Below, one piece after another: positions 31,514 to 46,200 of a DNA stretch of 64,000 nucleotides. The stretch's first letter is position 1, and every line of letters starts with the position of its first letter. The notes under the pieces were generated by a model. The model saw only the letters and a program-made list of their open reading frames with translations, did not search any database and was not told the origin of the DNA. The stretch is from positions 9,772,625 through 9,836,624 of the forward strand of contig CAJINV010000004.1 of NCBI GenBank assembly GCA_905178155.1, in the 5' to 3' direction. The translations under genes and the position numbers were made by a program. Source of the stretch: Amoebophrya sp. A120 (Eukaryota; Protista; Dinoflagellata).

Positions 31514-33036
31514 ATGGCACCTGGTGCACCTCCTCCGCATTATGGAGTTGCGGGAGGAGCAGGATCTTCTTTCGATCCTGGTCTCCAGCAAAATCCATAC
31601 GCCTACAACTCAGGAGCAGGTCCAGCCGGTGCTGCGCCAGGAGACCTGAGTGGTTATGGCACCGCAGCTGCTGGAGCTGGAGCAGCCATGAACGGAGGAC
31701 CAGGCATGATGCAGCAACCTCCGCCTTCCGGCCCCTCGAGTGGACCTGCACACGTCGGGTCCTTGATCGGTAGTACAACTCCGCCAGGGGGCATAGGTGC
31801 AGCTGGTGGACCTCCCTCTTTCCAGCAAACCGGGCTGCGACCGGAGGACGAGATCCACCAATTTACCATGTTCCAGTATGGCGTTCTCAAATGTTACATT
31901 CTCAACTGCTACATAAATTTGTAATGCAAGAATAGCAAAAATCAAAGGGGCAAGGTTGCGCCTATAGCATTACAATTTCGGCGCTGTTTCGCCTTTCTCA
32001 AATGTGTCATGCAAAGCAGCTTGATCGCGTGGATCTTGATGGTAGTTTTGCATGACAAATTCGCGTGACAGTTGGGAATGTAACATTTGGGGACTCCATA
32101 CCCAGACGCTCCTGTGGTTGTTCATGATGCTTTTGACCATGGCTCTGACGGTCGGACCCTGGGTGTACATTTATTTCCAGCTGCGAGCGCGACCCTCGGA
32201 GTCGCCCTGGTCTTGCTGGTCGGACCTCTACGACAGTTTAGCCGCGGGAGAGCCGGGCGACCCGCTGCCAACGGATGAAATCCGGGTTGTGCAGTAATGT
32301 TTATATATAAATTCTGACGCTATAATTTTGCCTATGCATCTGCGGCTTGTTTTCCATTTCCGCTGCACCCCAATCGATTACATCGTCAGTACCGATGTGT
32401 TTCAAGTATCACATGAATACCAAAATCTTTTTTCGTACAACTTCTATCTAAAAACAAAATCACCTCCAGCGAAGCAGACACGGGCGTTTCGGTGAAAAAT
32501 GTCAGCGACATTGCGGATGTAGCCGTGACGCCGCCAGGAGCCGGACTGGACTACGAGGAGGCAGACGGGGAGTGCTGGCCCCCGATGGACATACCATTGC
32601 AGCCGCAGTATAGTTGCTGTTTTTTGTACGAAAAAAGTTTTGATAATGCTATCTCGTCATCATCATGTAGCGCGATGGCGGATATTAGGCATAAGCGGGT
32701 TGCATGTCCGTGTGTAGTTCCGTTCAGAGTGTCGAGTAATTCTACCGTCCCGAAATACTCTTCCCCCCCTAAGACATCGAAGCCGCACGACGAGTCGTGA
32801 AGCATAATTCATCACTTCTACATGGCTGAATATAGAACGACGTGTATCCTCATCGGCCCAACTTGTGCTCCATTAATTTCCATTACAGAACGTCGGACAT
32901 GCTGATATTCTATGATGACAACCAAGTCGCCGCGGGGCATATGGATCGGCTACTGAGCCTCGCGGAAACAGAAGCCGGGCAACCCATCGACACGTCCGAG
33001 TACTTCAAACACAGGAGAGCGCAGCTGGTTAATTGA
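31514..33036 (+). CDS. Gly/Pro-rich single-pass membrane protein. Exons 31514-31876, 32106-32293, 32470-32607, 32889-33036
   Basis: One TIR intron plus GT-AG introns 32294-32469 and 32608-32888 give one frame; TM segment TLLWLFMMLLTMALTVGPWVYIYF. Confidence 0.65.
31877..32100. mobile_element. Introner family G
   Basis: tatggcgttctcaaatgttacattctcaactg / cagttgggaatgtaacatttggggactccata; DR tccag/cccag. Confidence 0.88.
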
Positions 33037-34248
33037 AGAGAAAAAACGCGTGGTCTTCATTCTGCGTTTTGAATGCTTGGTCTGTAGTTCTAGTTGCTCA
33101 TGCTTGTGGAAGTAGTAGAACTACAACTGAGCCTGATCTTTCTGACACCATCACTACAACATCATGAGCCAAGCTCCGCGAGGACTTGCCTTGGTCGGTG
33201 AGAAAGAAGCTCATCGTCCGAGGGCTAAGTCTTGTTTCGAGGGCTGGATTTATTTTTCGAGAATACCAATAGGAATACCGGAAGATGAAAACAAGATACG
33301 TCTCTCTTGCAGAACAGCGATCAGAAGAAAGCGCACGAGCTGCTGCAAGAGCAACAAACTTCTGGAACTGATCTGCTCGACCGATCGGCTGTTCGTGTGA
33401 GCGGTAGGGCTAGCGGCTCCACCGGTCTGAAAACTTGTTTACGTTCTTCATCTTCATATGACATTTCGTTTTCGTGATCGCTTGCTCGACGCCCACTGTT
33501 GTTTATGTTTTGGAACTAGTAGGTCCATAGAAAATCCGCAATCATAGTAGTACTAGGCTTAATAAAATCCGCACCAGAGTGGGGAAAAGAGTATGAAGAT
33601 CACGGCATTTATTTTGCCACTGTCACTGTCACTCAACACCATTGTCCTTGTCGCTTTCGTCACTCGTTCACGTTTTCTACTGTGCCACGGAAGTAGAGGA
33701 TGAAACTTTACTATAAAAAAGCTCTCGTTTGTTTCAACATTTTTGCTGTATTTGCTCGATGTGATGTCTCTCCTGCTATTACTTCGTCATCGCTCGCTAT
33801 CGCATTCGTAATCGTGTACGAGTGATTGTGATGTGTCGTCGTGTCCATCTTCTTCAGTCGTCGTTCGTGCTTACAGGTATACAGCCAAGTTTCAGTCTTT
33901 CATATACATAATCGGTTCTAGTCATGTTGTGTATGTATAGTAGCTCAGGGTTTTTCGTTAACAGTTTCTCTAAAGATGATAACCGCATCAATTTGCGCAC
34001 CAGGCGTTTTTTTTCGAAGGGTCATCATGATCACATAAAATAGAGCTAGTCGACAGTACTCACTGTTCTTTTGCTACGTAAAGATATCTTTTTGAATGTC
34101 AACTACGATGTTTTTTTTGAAAATGGAGCTGCGCCAATGTTGGCTTAAAATTTGTGTGCGTCGTGTGCCACGACTTCAATGTGGGCTCGTCTCGCGAGCA
34201 GCTTGACCATGATTGTGCCACACGATCTCGACAGCCGCTTATTGGGGA

Positions 34249-37200
34249 ATGTCCAACACCTTCGACGACGACGTCGCCCGCGACGCCGAGCACGTGCTTT
34301 GGCGCGAGCTGGCGGAGGCAACGGCGGAGCGGGACTGGCGCAAGATTTTGCCGCTGTTCGAAGCGCTCGCTTTCGATGAGTACATAGGACTTTACCGTGA
34401 TAATAGCGGGAGAAAGAGTAGATTTCTCGAGGTGGAAGAAGATGAGCAGCATGTTGCGAACGCAAATAACACCCCCTCCGAGGACCCTCCGGGGCCGGAC
34501 TACGTGGCGCTGTACCGGAGTCAGCGGGAGAGGCTGGGGATGTCGACCGAGCAAGCGGCAACCTGGGAGGAAGAGCAGAAGAAAAAGGATGAGTTGCTCT
34601 CTTATGACAGCAAAAAAGTAGCCCAACATGAGCTAATCACAGTGGCGGAACGCCGAGAAATGCTGGAAACGGACACACGAGCCGTGGTGGATCAGTACAG
34701 CTTCAAGGGGAAGAGAAGGGAAAGACAGGAGAAGAACGAAATCAAGTACGAGCACAGAAAAGAAAAGATTGAAGAAGCGGTCGCGAAGTACAACCAGAAC
34801 GCGGCAATAATTCTGACGGATAAAAACGAGGACTCTTCGTCTTCTTCACAGCACCAGAAAAATTATTCCGATTTCAACTCCCTCGCAGATTTCGACAGGA
34901 ATCCTATCGAAGCCAACATCGAACCCCTCCGGCGGTCCTCTTGGTCGTCGGTGCGGAAGGGAGTGAAAGCCGTCGAGGACTTTCGCTCCTTATATCGCCA
35001 CGTCGAAAAGAATGTGTTGGAGAAAGACAAGCAGACAAGGGATTTGCTATATGCTGTGCAAAAGTATCGTACTCGTATAAATGCATTTACAAATTTCCTC
35101 AGCATGGGAGCTGGATTTTGTCATGCTGTTTTACCTTAAGGACAATGCACTTGGTACGAGTGCGATACTTTTGCAGTGCATATGCTACAATACGGACAAA
35201 TCTTGGATCACGACGTGCAAAAGCAACACGCGCATTTGACGGACAATGCCCTTGCTGCAGCAAATTTGCCACGGGAAGTCTCTTTCGCGAAAGTGAACCT
35301 TGGAGCAGAGGTGAACGTGGTAAAGGAAATGAAAAATTTGCTGCGGCAGCGCGAGATCGACAAGCAGGAGTTCAAAAACTTGAATGAGATGGAAAAAGCG
35401 GTGAAACTGATGACGAAAACGGTGGACACAAGCAACAAGGAGCCAAAACGATTTTCCCTGTTCATCCACAAGCACTGCGCATCCATCGTCGCGTCCGTCG
35501 CGGCCCAGGGAGACATGGCGGAATCGGTCTTCGCGGACCTGGACATCCGGCAGGGTTTACTCGAGGTGCGGCGGAAGGAACAGAAGAAAAAGGAAAAGAA
35601 GGAAAAGCTCTGGAAAAAGTACGTCCGCGGACGGGGGCTGGTCGCCACTTCCGTCAGCAAGCCGGAAGACGGGATGCCGTCGAGCGATTTCGCGGAGTGG
35701 AGTTGTGATTTCGAAGCCATCGTTAACCATCAGATGTGCGAGTGGGTAAAGACCTTAGCGCAGTCGAATCGACTGGACCACCATAAAAAGTTCGCGGACC
35801 CGAAATCCGGAAAATTTTTCTCCAAAGAAGCCGAGGCCGCGCATCTCGAGCTGCAGAAGAAAAGGTTAAAAGCGCTGAACAAGTTCACGTCCACCACGGC
35901 GGATGATAAGAGAAGGGGGTTTCGAGATAAAATTCGGGATGGAAAGGGATTGAAACTCATAAACTTCCGGGAAAGGGTAAGAGAAGACTACCCCGACGTG
36001 CACTTGCTGTCTCGACTGCGTTTCGTCCCATTCTCCGCCACGGATGAGTGGGAGGTCATCTTCCAATTTCTGTCCACTACTTCTACCACCTCTGAAGACC
36101 ATCAGAAAACAAACTCGAAGTTGAGCAAAATGATCCGGAAAAAAATCTTACTCCTCACCGTCGCACTCCGCACCGCAATTTATGAGCAGCGCATGGAACG
36201 ACTAGAGTTCGAGATGGAAGTGCTTTCTTCCGGCGACAAATCTGACGGCGATGACGAGGCCACGGTGAAAGAAAAGCTCGCAAAATTGGACCAACCGATC
36301 GAACTGATGCTCGCCAAGCACCTGCAGCATGACCAAGTTCTCGCGGCGATCGATCCCACCTTTCTCGCGGGCGTTTGTGACGCGCTGCACAAGGCGGGCG
36401 GCGTGGACATTGAGAAGTACTGTAGTAGAGAAACGGCTGAGCGATTGCTTTCTGCGGTGAAGAAGTTCTTGGTCGTCCGGAGCTCCTCAATAGAAGAGGT
36501 TCTTGTAGCACGACGAGACGAGGAGTCCGACGATACTAAGAACGCTTCTGCTCTGTGGTCGCAACATTCCACCTCCAGTGCCGTGATCCGCCCCGGTGGT
36601 GCGAGCATGAGTTACTTGTGGCTAGCGGCGCTGGAGTTGCTCGTTCTGGAGAATTTGAAAGAAGAGAAATTTGAAGAGGATGAACAGGAAAAAAATCTTT
36701 TATTGCACGAAAAACTCCTTTCTAAGGTCGCAAACCTCTATTCACACTGGTGGAGCTGCGGTGCGTCGGCGATTCCTGCTGAGGTCCCGACAACTGCGGA
36801 GGTGGCCGTGCCATCAACTGCGTCGCTCGTTCCGCTTCAAAACCGACTCCCCGACCAATTAGATGCGCAACTCGAAGAGGACGACGTCGCGACCGCATTG
36901 GAAAATACAAAAGGTGGGAAGTTGTCGCAAAAACAAAAGGAGGAAGAGATGCAAAAAGCGGTACAGAAATCTGTCGCGGGGTTTTTGAAGTCCACAGCGA
37001 CGGCAAACGCGAAAAAGCAGCACATTAAATCGCTAACTGGGAGCTCCTCGTCTGCGGGCGTGGGAGGTAGTTCCGGACCCTCTTCTTCTAATATGTCCGC
37101 GGGAGGTGCAACAGCAACTGGGGGCGAAGATGAAGAGGTGGATCTTGGTGCGGACGTAAACTTCGATTTCCGCACGGGGCATAAAAGGCCGAATGAATTT

Positions 37201-40200
37201 CTGGAGCAATGTCGGAAGAGACTGCAAGTTTTAGCGATCACCTTCGTTCTGCAGCACTGCCATTTTTCGAAAGGAAAGTTTCTCCTATTGCGACAGGCCA
37301 TGACTGCAGTGGGCAATAAACCGCCGTCAGCACGCAAGAGTAAGAAAAAGTTCGAATCGATAAGCGCAGGCGCCGACGATGACGGTATTTTTGACCATCT
37401 GCAAGAACCGCAACTCGATTTTCCCTTCCTCCAGGACCTCATCACCCGTGTCGCGGACATCCTCGGTCAGTCGCCCGACTTCCGGTTGGGACAGACGGTA
37501 ATCAGGGACTCGCAACGGAAGCAGAGCGTAGCGGCGAAGCGGATGTTGAAAAACACAAGTAGCTACTTCAACTCGAAGTTGTCAAAGGAGATTTGCTTCG
37601 CGTTGAAAGACGTGCGACTACATACCGCGCAGGAGAAAACAAGTTTTGTCCGGGGCACGGTATCGTTTCTCTCCGAAATGTTCAAAACGAACCCGACACA
37701 GAATAGCTCAAACCTCATATCCCAATGGCAACATCTAGGCCATGCAGCGATCGCGAGCCAGACGCGGGAAAACGCCCAGGCGCCGGAGTTCGGTTTCTTC
37801 TTAGCGTTGGTTGCGCGGATGTTTTCGGCGGCGATGGTGAAAAAGGGGGAATTGGAGATTTTGAAAGCTCAAGGCGGAGGACAAGTACCGCAAGACAATT
37901 CAAAGAACAATAAAAACAGCAGAATGTTGAAGATGACCCAAAAAAGGGGACAGCAGGTTTCTACCGTCGAAGAACTCGATTTCCATTTTCTTCTCGACGG
38001 GGAAGCCTCCTTGACCGCGACCTTGCGAGACATCTTCGCGAAATTCCCGCTACACCTCAGTTACGCGACGGCTATGAACGAGGAGACAAGGGGGTTATCT
38101 GAGTCGAGAGGAAGATTATTCCAGGGTTTCAAGGAGTTCAAGGTCGTCGCTGAGGTTGAGGACGACGAAAAGGCGGAAGACAAGGAATCAAAAGGTGATC
38201 CAAAGGAGAAAAAGCCCCTAAATAGTACAACTGCCGTCCTCGCGTTTAAAGTTACGCAAGAGATCCCCGCGATAGAGAAGTTTGACCGCCATCTGACGCG
38301 GTTTTTCTTCTCAGACTGGCTGTTGAAAGAGGACGCGTATTTCTCATTGACAAGAGTCGAGGACTTGATGTTTCAGTACTCACCGAAGGACGAGACAAAC
38401 AAGGGCTTGGTTGAGGAAAAGGACAGAATGCGGAGGAAATTACGGCCGTTTTCGCACTATGTTTTAAGGAACATTGTTCGTGGTCCAACAGGAAGTTTTT
38501 TATCTTCGCGAAACAAAGAAGTTGTAGACAAAAACGAAGCAACAGCTGCAGAGAATAAAGCCGCAGCATCAGATCTAGTAGATGCCGCGGAAACAGCAGT
38601 CACAAGACCACCCCCTCGCGCCTTACTCGTCGTCTTGCAGCGGTTCTTGCTCCTGCACTGGTTTTCGCACGACGAAGAGGACGTGAAGGATAATTTAGGT
38701 GCTCTTGCGCTTGCGGCCCCAATTATTCAGAAGAGAAGCGAAAAAACGACGAGCAACACGCTATCCGCTGCCACATCTGGTGCAGGTTCTAATACTTCAA
38801 CTTTTTCCAACAGTTTGCTGTTCTGCAAGTCCGATCTGAAGATCAGCGTCCTTTTCGCCTTACTCCACTGGGCCGAGGAATCGTCCTACAAGGTGCAAAA
38901 CCGCAGTCCAGTGGAGCAGGGGCTGGTGAATGCGAAGAAATTCTACGACGAGCTGGACTACGCCAAAGTGCGCGACGCAACCGTCGCCGCGGTGAAAAAA
39001 CAAGCGCACGAAGTAGCGGACGTAATCGAGCCGGTCCTTGGATTGCCCGTGCGCGAGAATCTCGGGTTAGTAGGGGCCGCCGGGGGCGAAGAAGATGATG
39101 ATGACCAAAATAGAAATGCAAGTAAAGCCACAACCGCGGAAACGAGAACGACAAGAGACACGACGAGGACCTCCGCAGCTTCCGGATCCACAAGCGAAAT
39201 CGAGAAGGAACAAAGCGTCCACAGTTCCGCCCGTGGGATGGGAGATTTTGAAGCAAACAAGCCCGGGGAAGGCGTTCTGGTCACTGCAGAGACGATGGGT
39301 ACGAAGAAAAAAAAACTGACAACGTTGAACAGCTACCTGTCCTCCTTTTTAAAATGGGTCCGCCGGGTGTTTTACTTCTGGGCCGAAGTGGCGAAAGTGA
39401 GGCGGAGCAGGAAGAAAATCGCCTTCAGACGGTGGGTCTATTCCTACGACTGCCGCCGGGTCAGGCACTTGTTTGCCGGGACTTTAATCTATCGGTCAGA
39501 CTTCACGGCGCAGTTACTGGCGGCGCTGAAGCCGCAAGACCTCGACGCGGTGGAAGCGGCAAAGCGAAAAGGAGCAGAGGACAGGTGGAGAAATGGCAAC
39601 ACGAATAAGACATCAGGGGAAATAAAGCCGACCAGCTTTTTAGACCACGCGGCGGATTTTTTTCAAAGCAAACTCGGGTCGTTCTTAACTCAAGTCGGCG
39701 GGGCTGCTACAACTCGGGTTGGCGGTGCTGACACCGAAGAACTACTGGCTGCAGCGCCAGATGACGAGGAGGAGGACGATAACGCAGACGAACAAGAAGT
39801 AGTAGACCACGCAGCCGGAAGCAGCTCCTCTTCCTCTTCGTCGACGTCTAGTGAAGAGGACGAAGATGGTTCGACGTCGAGATCAAGGAAAAGAAAAATG
39901 AAATCTATCTCTTCCTCCTCATCTAGTTCCTCTAGGCCAGCGGCGGAACAACAACCCCAGTCCTCCGGGTCCTCCGACACAGACCATTCTAATTCTTCGG
40001 ACCACAACGACAACTTAGAAGCAACTTTGCGCCTCGACGACGAACACAATCGGATCACTTTCCCGCAATACGGAAAAAGAAAGAGCAGCGCGGAGGTGTC
40101 GACTTTTTCCCCCGATGATTCATTTTTCCAGCAGTCGATCGAAGCCGTTCTCGCCATGGATGAGCAGCACAGGCTGATCCGCAACCCCTCCGCCGCTTTT

Positions 40201-43200
40201 ATCGGGTTGAACGCAGCCAGGATCGCCATGGAGGCGAAAATATCCTGTGCAAAAGTATCGTACTCGTAGTATGGCAATTATGCATCACAAATCTACTCGT
40301 TAAGGTAAATCCGCATTACAAATTCAATTTGTAATGCTAAGTCAATTTGTATTGCGATTTATACTTCTAGTACGATACTTTTGCAATGCATAGAAAAGGT
40401 ACAACCGCTTTCTCGACCACGACGAGAAAAAACTATTGACCTCCAAAGGGAACAACAAGGACAAAATAAATCGGCAAAAAAATAGCACCATCCCCTCCTC
40501 TGCCCTTTACGGGAAAATTTTCTCCTCGTCCGAAGTATTTTTCCGGGAGTGTATCGCCCTCCCGGCCTTGAAAAAATTGTTTATCCAGTACCAGCCCAGG
40601 CCGGAGGACGCGGCGCCGGCGTTTGCGCTTGACAAGCGGAAAAGGAAGGCATTCTACGGCAGGCGGGAGCGGAGGAATATGCTGTTAAGCGCGGAGGAGA
40701 AGGAACTACTGGAAGGGAAAGAAGATGAAGTTTTGTACGACCCAGCGTATGACGACTTTGGTTCTGTCGTGGACCGTGTTTTCCCGACGAAGGAAGAGCA
40801 GCAAGCGGTGAAGAGGTTGGCGACACTGGTTGTGGACGAGGGACAAGAAAAAGCAGCAAATAGACGAACAAGCGAGAGGACTACAAGTAGTAGAACCCCA
40901 GCGATTGAAGGAAGCATGAAAGTGGAAAGAAGTGGGGAAAAAGAAGATGTCGAAATACATGATCAACAAGAAGCCCCACAAGTGCTGGCATCTCCATCTT
41001 CGTTCTCGAAAACGAACCAACGACCCAGACTTCCCTCCCTCCCCCTCGACGAAATGATGGAAAAGATCGATTTACGCGGCGAAATATGAACTGCAAAAGT
41101 ATCGTATTCGTAGTATTGCAATACAAACTAGCTCAGCATGACAAATGAAATTTCTCATGCTGATTTAGCTTGAAAAAGAAATTTGTCTTGCATGACTGCG
41201 ATCAGTACGAGTACGATACTGTCGCACAGGATACGAAAAGATTCTGCTCTCCGACCGTTCAGACGCTGGCGGGACGGTACAGAGGAAGGCAAAACGGAAC
41301 AAAAGTACGAAGGTCGGGACTTTTCAGGTGCGCGATCAGTCGCTTGTCACATCACCGGCAAGTCAGCAGGAGCAGGTAGGTGTAGAACTACCTCTGGACA
41401 AGAACACGATGCTGTTCTATGGAGAGGGCGGGGATACTAGGAGGGCAGACGGGGGAGCTCTTGCTGGCCAGGCATCTTCAACTGCTGCGCCGAAGAAGAT
41501 TTTAGCGCGATTCGCACAAGAAACATCCTCACAAGCTTCCAGGAGCGAAAGCGTACGAGCTAACGTCGCTCCTGAAACAAGAAGCGCGTTTTCACATGCT
41601 GCAGCAGCCTCAACGGCCTACGGTGACGGATCTTCAAGGGGTGCAGCAAAGAGCCAGCACATCGGGAGGTCCGCAGGGGCACCAGAAGACCAAGATCAAC
41701 AAGTTGACACTGCAAATGCCATTTCCGCAGCGTATCATCTAGCCTCCTCATCATCTCCCAAAAGTAAGCCGTCTATTGATTCATCTATGGCGAACTTAGT
41801 GACCCAAGGTACGACCACAGGGATGCAGCTCGGCGACACGATTCATCTCGGAAATCCTAGTATGAACGGCGGTCCTTCTGTAGCAGGAGGACCTCTTTCT
41901 GGTTCTTCACTCCCAGTCCTCGCCGATGAAAAACTACATGCTGCAGAAGTGCTCGACCACGCCGCAACTGCCACGATTCAGGTTTCGAAACTCGACTACA
42001 CGGACATCCGGGACAGAAGTATCCTAGAAGACCTTCTGCTAGACGAGGAAACCACCTCCCCGGGTCTCCTGCCGCATGACAAGCTGCTCCTGGGTAATAG
42101 AAAACAACTGGAAGCCAAGCAGGATGAAGAACTGATCGCTTTTGCAGAGAGGGACCTCGGCGTGAAGGGGGATATTGAGATTTCGGAAGAAACGAAGAAA
42201 ATTTTGGAAAAAAAGTTCAACCAGGATCTGAACCGGATCTTCTCGGAAAGTCATTCGAAAGTAGAACCGACTAGATCTTCATCTTCGAAGACTATTAAAA
42301 CTACTCCGGAGCAGGAGGAGGACGAAAAGAAGAGGAAAACAACTTTCCTGATCCCCCAAGCCAAGTTTGCCAACATGTTTCCGCCGGAGTTGTCGCGGAA
42401 ACTGCTGTATCACATGCAAAAATGTCTGGGTCTGGAAGGATGTGAAGTTGTGATGCGCATTTCACAACACACAGAAATCTCTCATGCATAGGTTGCGAAA
42501 GATCAAGATGCCCACTTCTTGTCACCAAAGTGGGGGATTTGTCATGCGGATTAGGCATTGCAGAACCTTCTCGACATCTGTGATGCTAGGACTGCCATGC
42601 CAGACCTTCTGTGTCATGCAAAAACAGCATGGCATCTTCCAGACCCAGACATTTTTGCAATGCATATGCTGCGCGCGTTGGTGTTGCAGAAGGAAGTGGC
42701 GGATAGGGAGAAGCTTTCCGGTGAATGGAGGAAACTGGAAAATGAAGATGAAAGTTCCGCTTTTCTGAATTACGACGAGTTTGTCCAGAACGACTTCTTC
42801 CAAAAAAATCCCTCCATCGAGCAACAAACGCGACTCTACTCTGCTATCCACGGGCCGGCGTTGGTTGGGAAAAGGTTGAACGTCGTCGCGTATGCATTGC
42901 AAAAGTGTCTGGGTCTGGAAGATTGCCAGATTTGTCATGCAGGTTTTCCATAACCCATGAGGTCTGGTATGTAGGACATCGCATGACAGATTCTACGAAA
43001 CCTTTCCAATGCCTATCCTGCATGAGAAACTGCCTCTCGATTAGGTCAAAAGTGCACAACTTTTGGCAATCATGCAACACAGTTTTTTGCCTAATTCAGA
43101 TTTAGCATGACGAGTTGCATTCTTCCAGACCCAGACATTTTTACATTTGATATCGCGTCCAACAAATCCGCCTACGGCGGCCCAGACGTGATCGCGTCGG

Positions 43201-46200
43201 TGGGTGGGCGATTCGTGGAAAGGTGCGCAGTGGCCAGCGCGCTCGTCGATACGTTGGTGTATTTGGTGCGACACCGGTTTTTAGCTGCAGCTTCCGAGGC
43301 CCAGTGGAATAAGGTGGCAGCGTTGCGGGACTTGGCGAGCGGATTGGGGCTGGATTGTAAAACGTTGGAATCTATCCTGTGCAAAAGTATCGTACTAGTA
43401 TAAAGTGCAATACAAATTAGTCCTGCATTGATTACAAATTTGTAATGCTGATTTACCTTGAGAAAGAGATTTGTAATGCATAAATGCAATTACTACGAGT
43501 ACGATGCTTTTGCACAGGATAGAATCCATCTCCAGCCTAGCGGTGCCGACGAACATGGGAGCGACGGTGGGGGAATGGAAGAGGCGGATGGTGACGCCAG
43601 ACGCTAATTATCGTGGTACAACTACAACTTCTGATGCTTCTACTGCGCATGAACACGATAACCATCAGCACAAAGACAGAGCTGGTCCACAGAATAAGAC
43701 TACAACTTCTCTGCGCCGCCACCAACATTCCGAGGAGGCTTTTACGGCGGAGATCGCAAGAAATTTCGAAGATGCGGAAAAACGAATCGCGGAGGAGGAG
43801 GGGCTCGTAGTTGCCGGTACTTCTACAGGAGGTATCAACTGCAACAATGTCTGGGTCTGGGAGGATGGAATTTGTGATGCGCCCTGTGGGTTACACAAAA
43901 ATCTGTGTTGCGTGATCACCAAAAGTTGTCCTTTTTTGACCAACATGACCGGGAGTTTCTCATGCAGGATAGGCATGATAGAGACCTTGCAGAATCTGTC
44001 ATGCTGGGTCCTGCATTCCAGACCTCGCGGGGCATGGGAAATATGCATGACAAGTCTGCAATCTTCCAGACCCAGACATTTTTGCATTTGATAACAGGAG
44101 GTGAAATACAACTAAACGGTCCCGTCCTTCGCGCGGTTGGAGACCGAATCCTTCCGGGGGAAATGGATTTTTCTGACGATGGTCAACATGGCGACGCCGC
44201 CGTAGGCGGAGGGCCGCCCGCTTTCGATCCCAACAAGGGAATGTTCTGGGGGAAAAACGCGGCACACCAGGTGAAGGTGGTGAAAAAGGTCGAAGTGGAA
44301 GATGACAACAAAACCATCTCCGCTCCGCCGAGCTCCGACGCCTATTCCTCCGAAGACAGCGAGAATGATACGCAATGCAGGTGGAGCATAATCGTACTAC
44401 TAGTGCATCAAGAAAGTAAGTTGTGCATTACATCAAATTTTCACGAGCAAAATAAAACCGCAATTTCTCATGCAGTTTGACTTTCAGATTGATTCAGCTT
44501 TAGCGGCAAAAAAAAACAAATCTCTCGATGCAATATCGCAACTAGTACGAGTGCGATGCTTTTGCATATGCATAAACGACGCGTCGCAGCAGGGGCGGTA
44601 CCCGGTGCTGAAGCAGTACAGGGCCACGTCCTACTTTCCCGCGGAATTTTTGCAAGAGTTGTCCAACAACCTCGGCTCTCCCGGCGTGAAGTTTCTCCCT
44701 TTGAACGCTGACGGAAAGCCGGTTTTACCCCGGGATTTCCGGGGAAAACGGATCTTCTATCCTGTGCAAAAGTATCGTACTAGTATGAATTGCATCACAA
44801 ATTGACTTAGCATTACAGATTAAATTTGTAATGCAGATTTGCCTTAAGAAAATGATTTGTATTTGTAATGCATAAACGCAATTAGTTCGATTACGATACT
44901 TTTGCACAGGATATCTTCCCCGTGTCGAAAATTGACAAAATGCCGATTTTCCCGGTCGAGCACAGTAATATCTACTTCCCGAAAAGAACAAGGACATCAA
45001 GTACAGATGGGAGAACAAGAAGTGGAAAGGCAAAGACGTCGAAAACAAAACCTCCAAGACGTGCAGATGTAGCTGTTCGCCCCGTCGGGGGACACCCGAC
45101 TTTTGTAATCCCAGTGACGAAAATATGACAGTGCACAACTCCACCCCTTCCCCCTCATTTGCCATGCCAAATACCTAGTGTGCGCCTTGGCTCTTGGCAC
45201 TGTTTGCATGACAAGTTCTAGAATCCTAATCAAATTTGTCATGCAAAACCTGTATTCTTGCTGACGCTTGTATTGCTGTTCATGCAATACAAATGAGGGG
45301 GAGGGCGGGGTGGAGTTGTGCACTCTCATAGAAAAACACGGGGAAGCCGGTTGTCCCCACTACCGTCGTGGAAGTGAAACGGGAGAAGAAATTCGGCGGG
45401 AATTTTCGCGAAAACGCCATACCGAATCCCCTTGCCTTGTGAGTAGCCCAGCGAAGAGAATGAACGGCCCACGGCCTCCCATCAATCAGAACCCCGGCCC
45501 GGGCCGGCCCGGCGTAGATGCAGCCGGCGCGCAAAATAGGAAGGCCACACCAAGGGGGCTGCGTGCTTGCGAAACAAAGACCCCCGCCGCAATTTTGCGC
45601 GCGGCCTCGGCGTGTTCTCGCGGGCGCCCATTGGGGACCATGGGGCCGGCTTTGGGCGGTCGGTCCACGCGCGGAAAAGTTGGGCTTCCTCCCTAAGCCA
45701 CAACTTTCTTTTCCCGAGCTCCGCGCGTGTTTGGGGGGGAAAAGAAGCTGCACAACGCCCAACGGGGCAGAAAAAGACAGCCACAGCTCGTGCATAACCT
45801 AATGCCGCATGGTATCGCTGCGAGGGAAATTCGCACGCAGCGATACCATGCAGCATAACCTAATAAATGCCCGATGCTATCGATGCGTGTGTGGAGGAAT
45901 GGGAATTTTGTAGGTTGGTGATAGCATCGCGCAAAAGGTTACGCACGACGGTGCGGCGGCAGCCGCTTGTGGCGAAAGGGGGATTTGTAATGTGGAGAGC
46001 CCGGGTTTTCCGCATTTGTAATGCGAAGAACCCGAGCTCCGGGCTTTCCGCATTACCCACAGCCCCGAGCTCTGGGAAGGCGCATGTAAATTTCCGCATT
46101 TGTAATGTGGAGCGCCCGACCTTTCCGCATTTGTAACGCGGAGGACCGGAGCTCGGGTCTTTTGTAATGCGGTCTTTCTTTACCCGAGGTCTCGGGGAGA

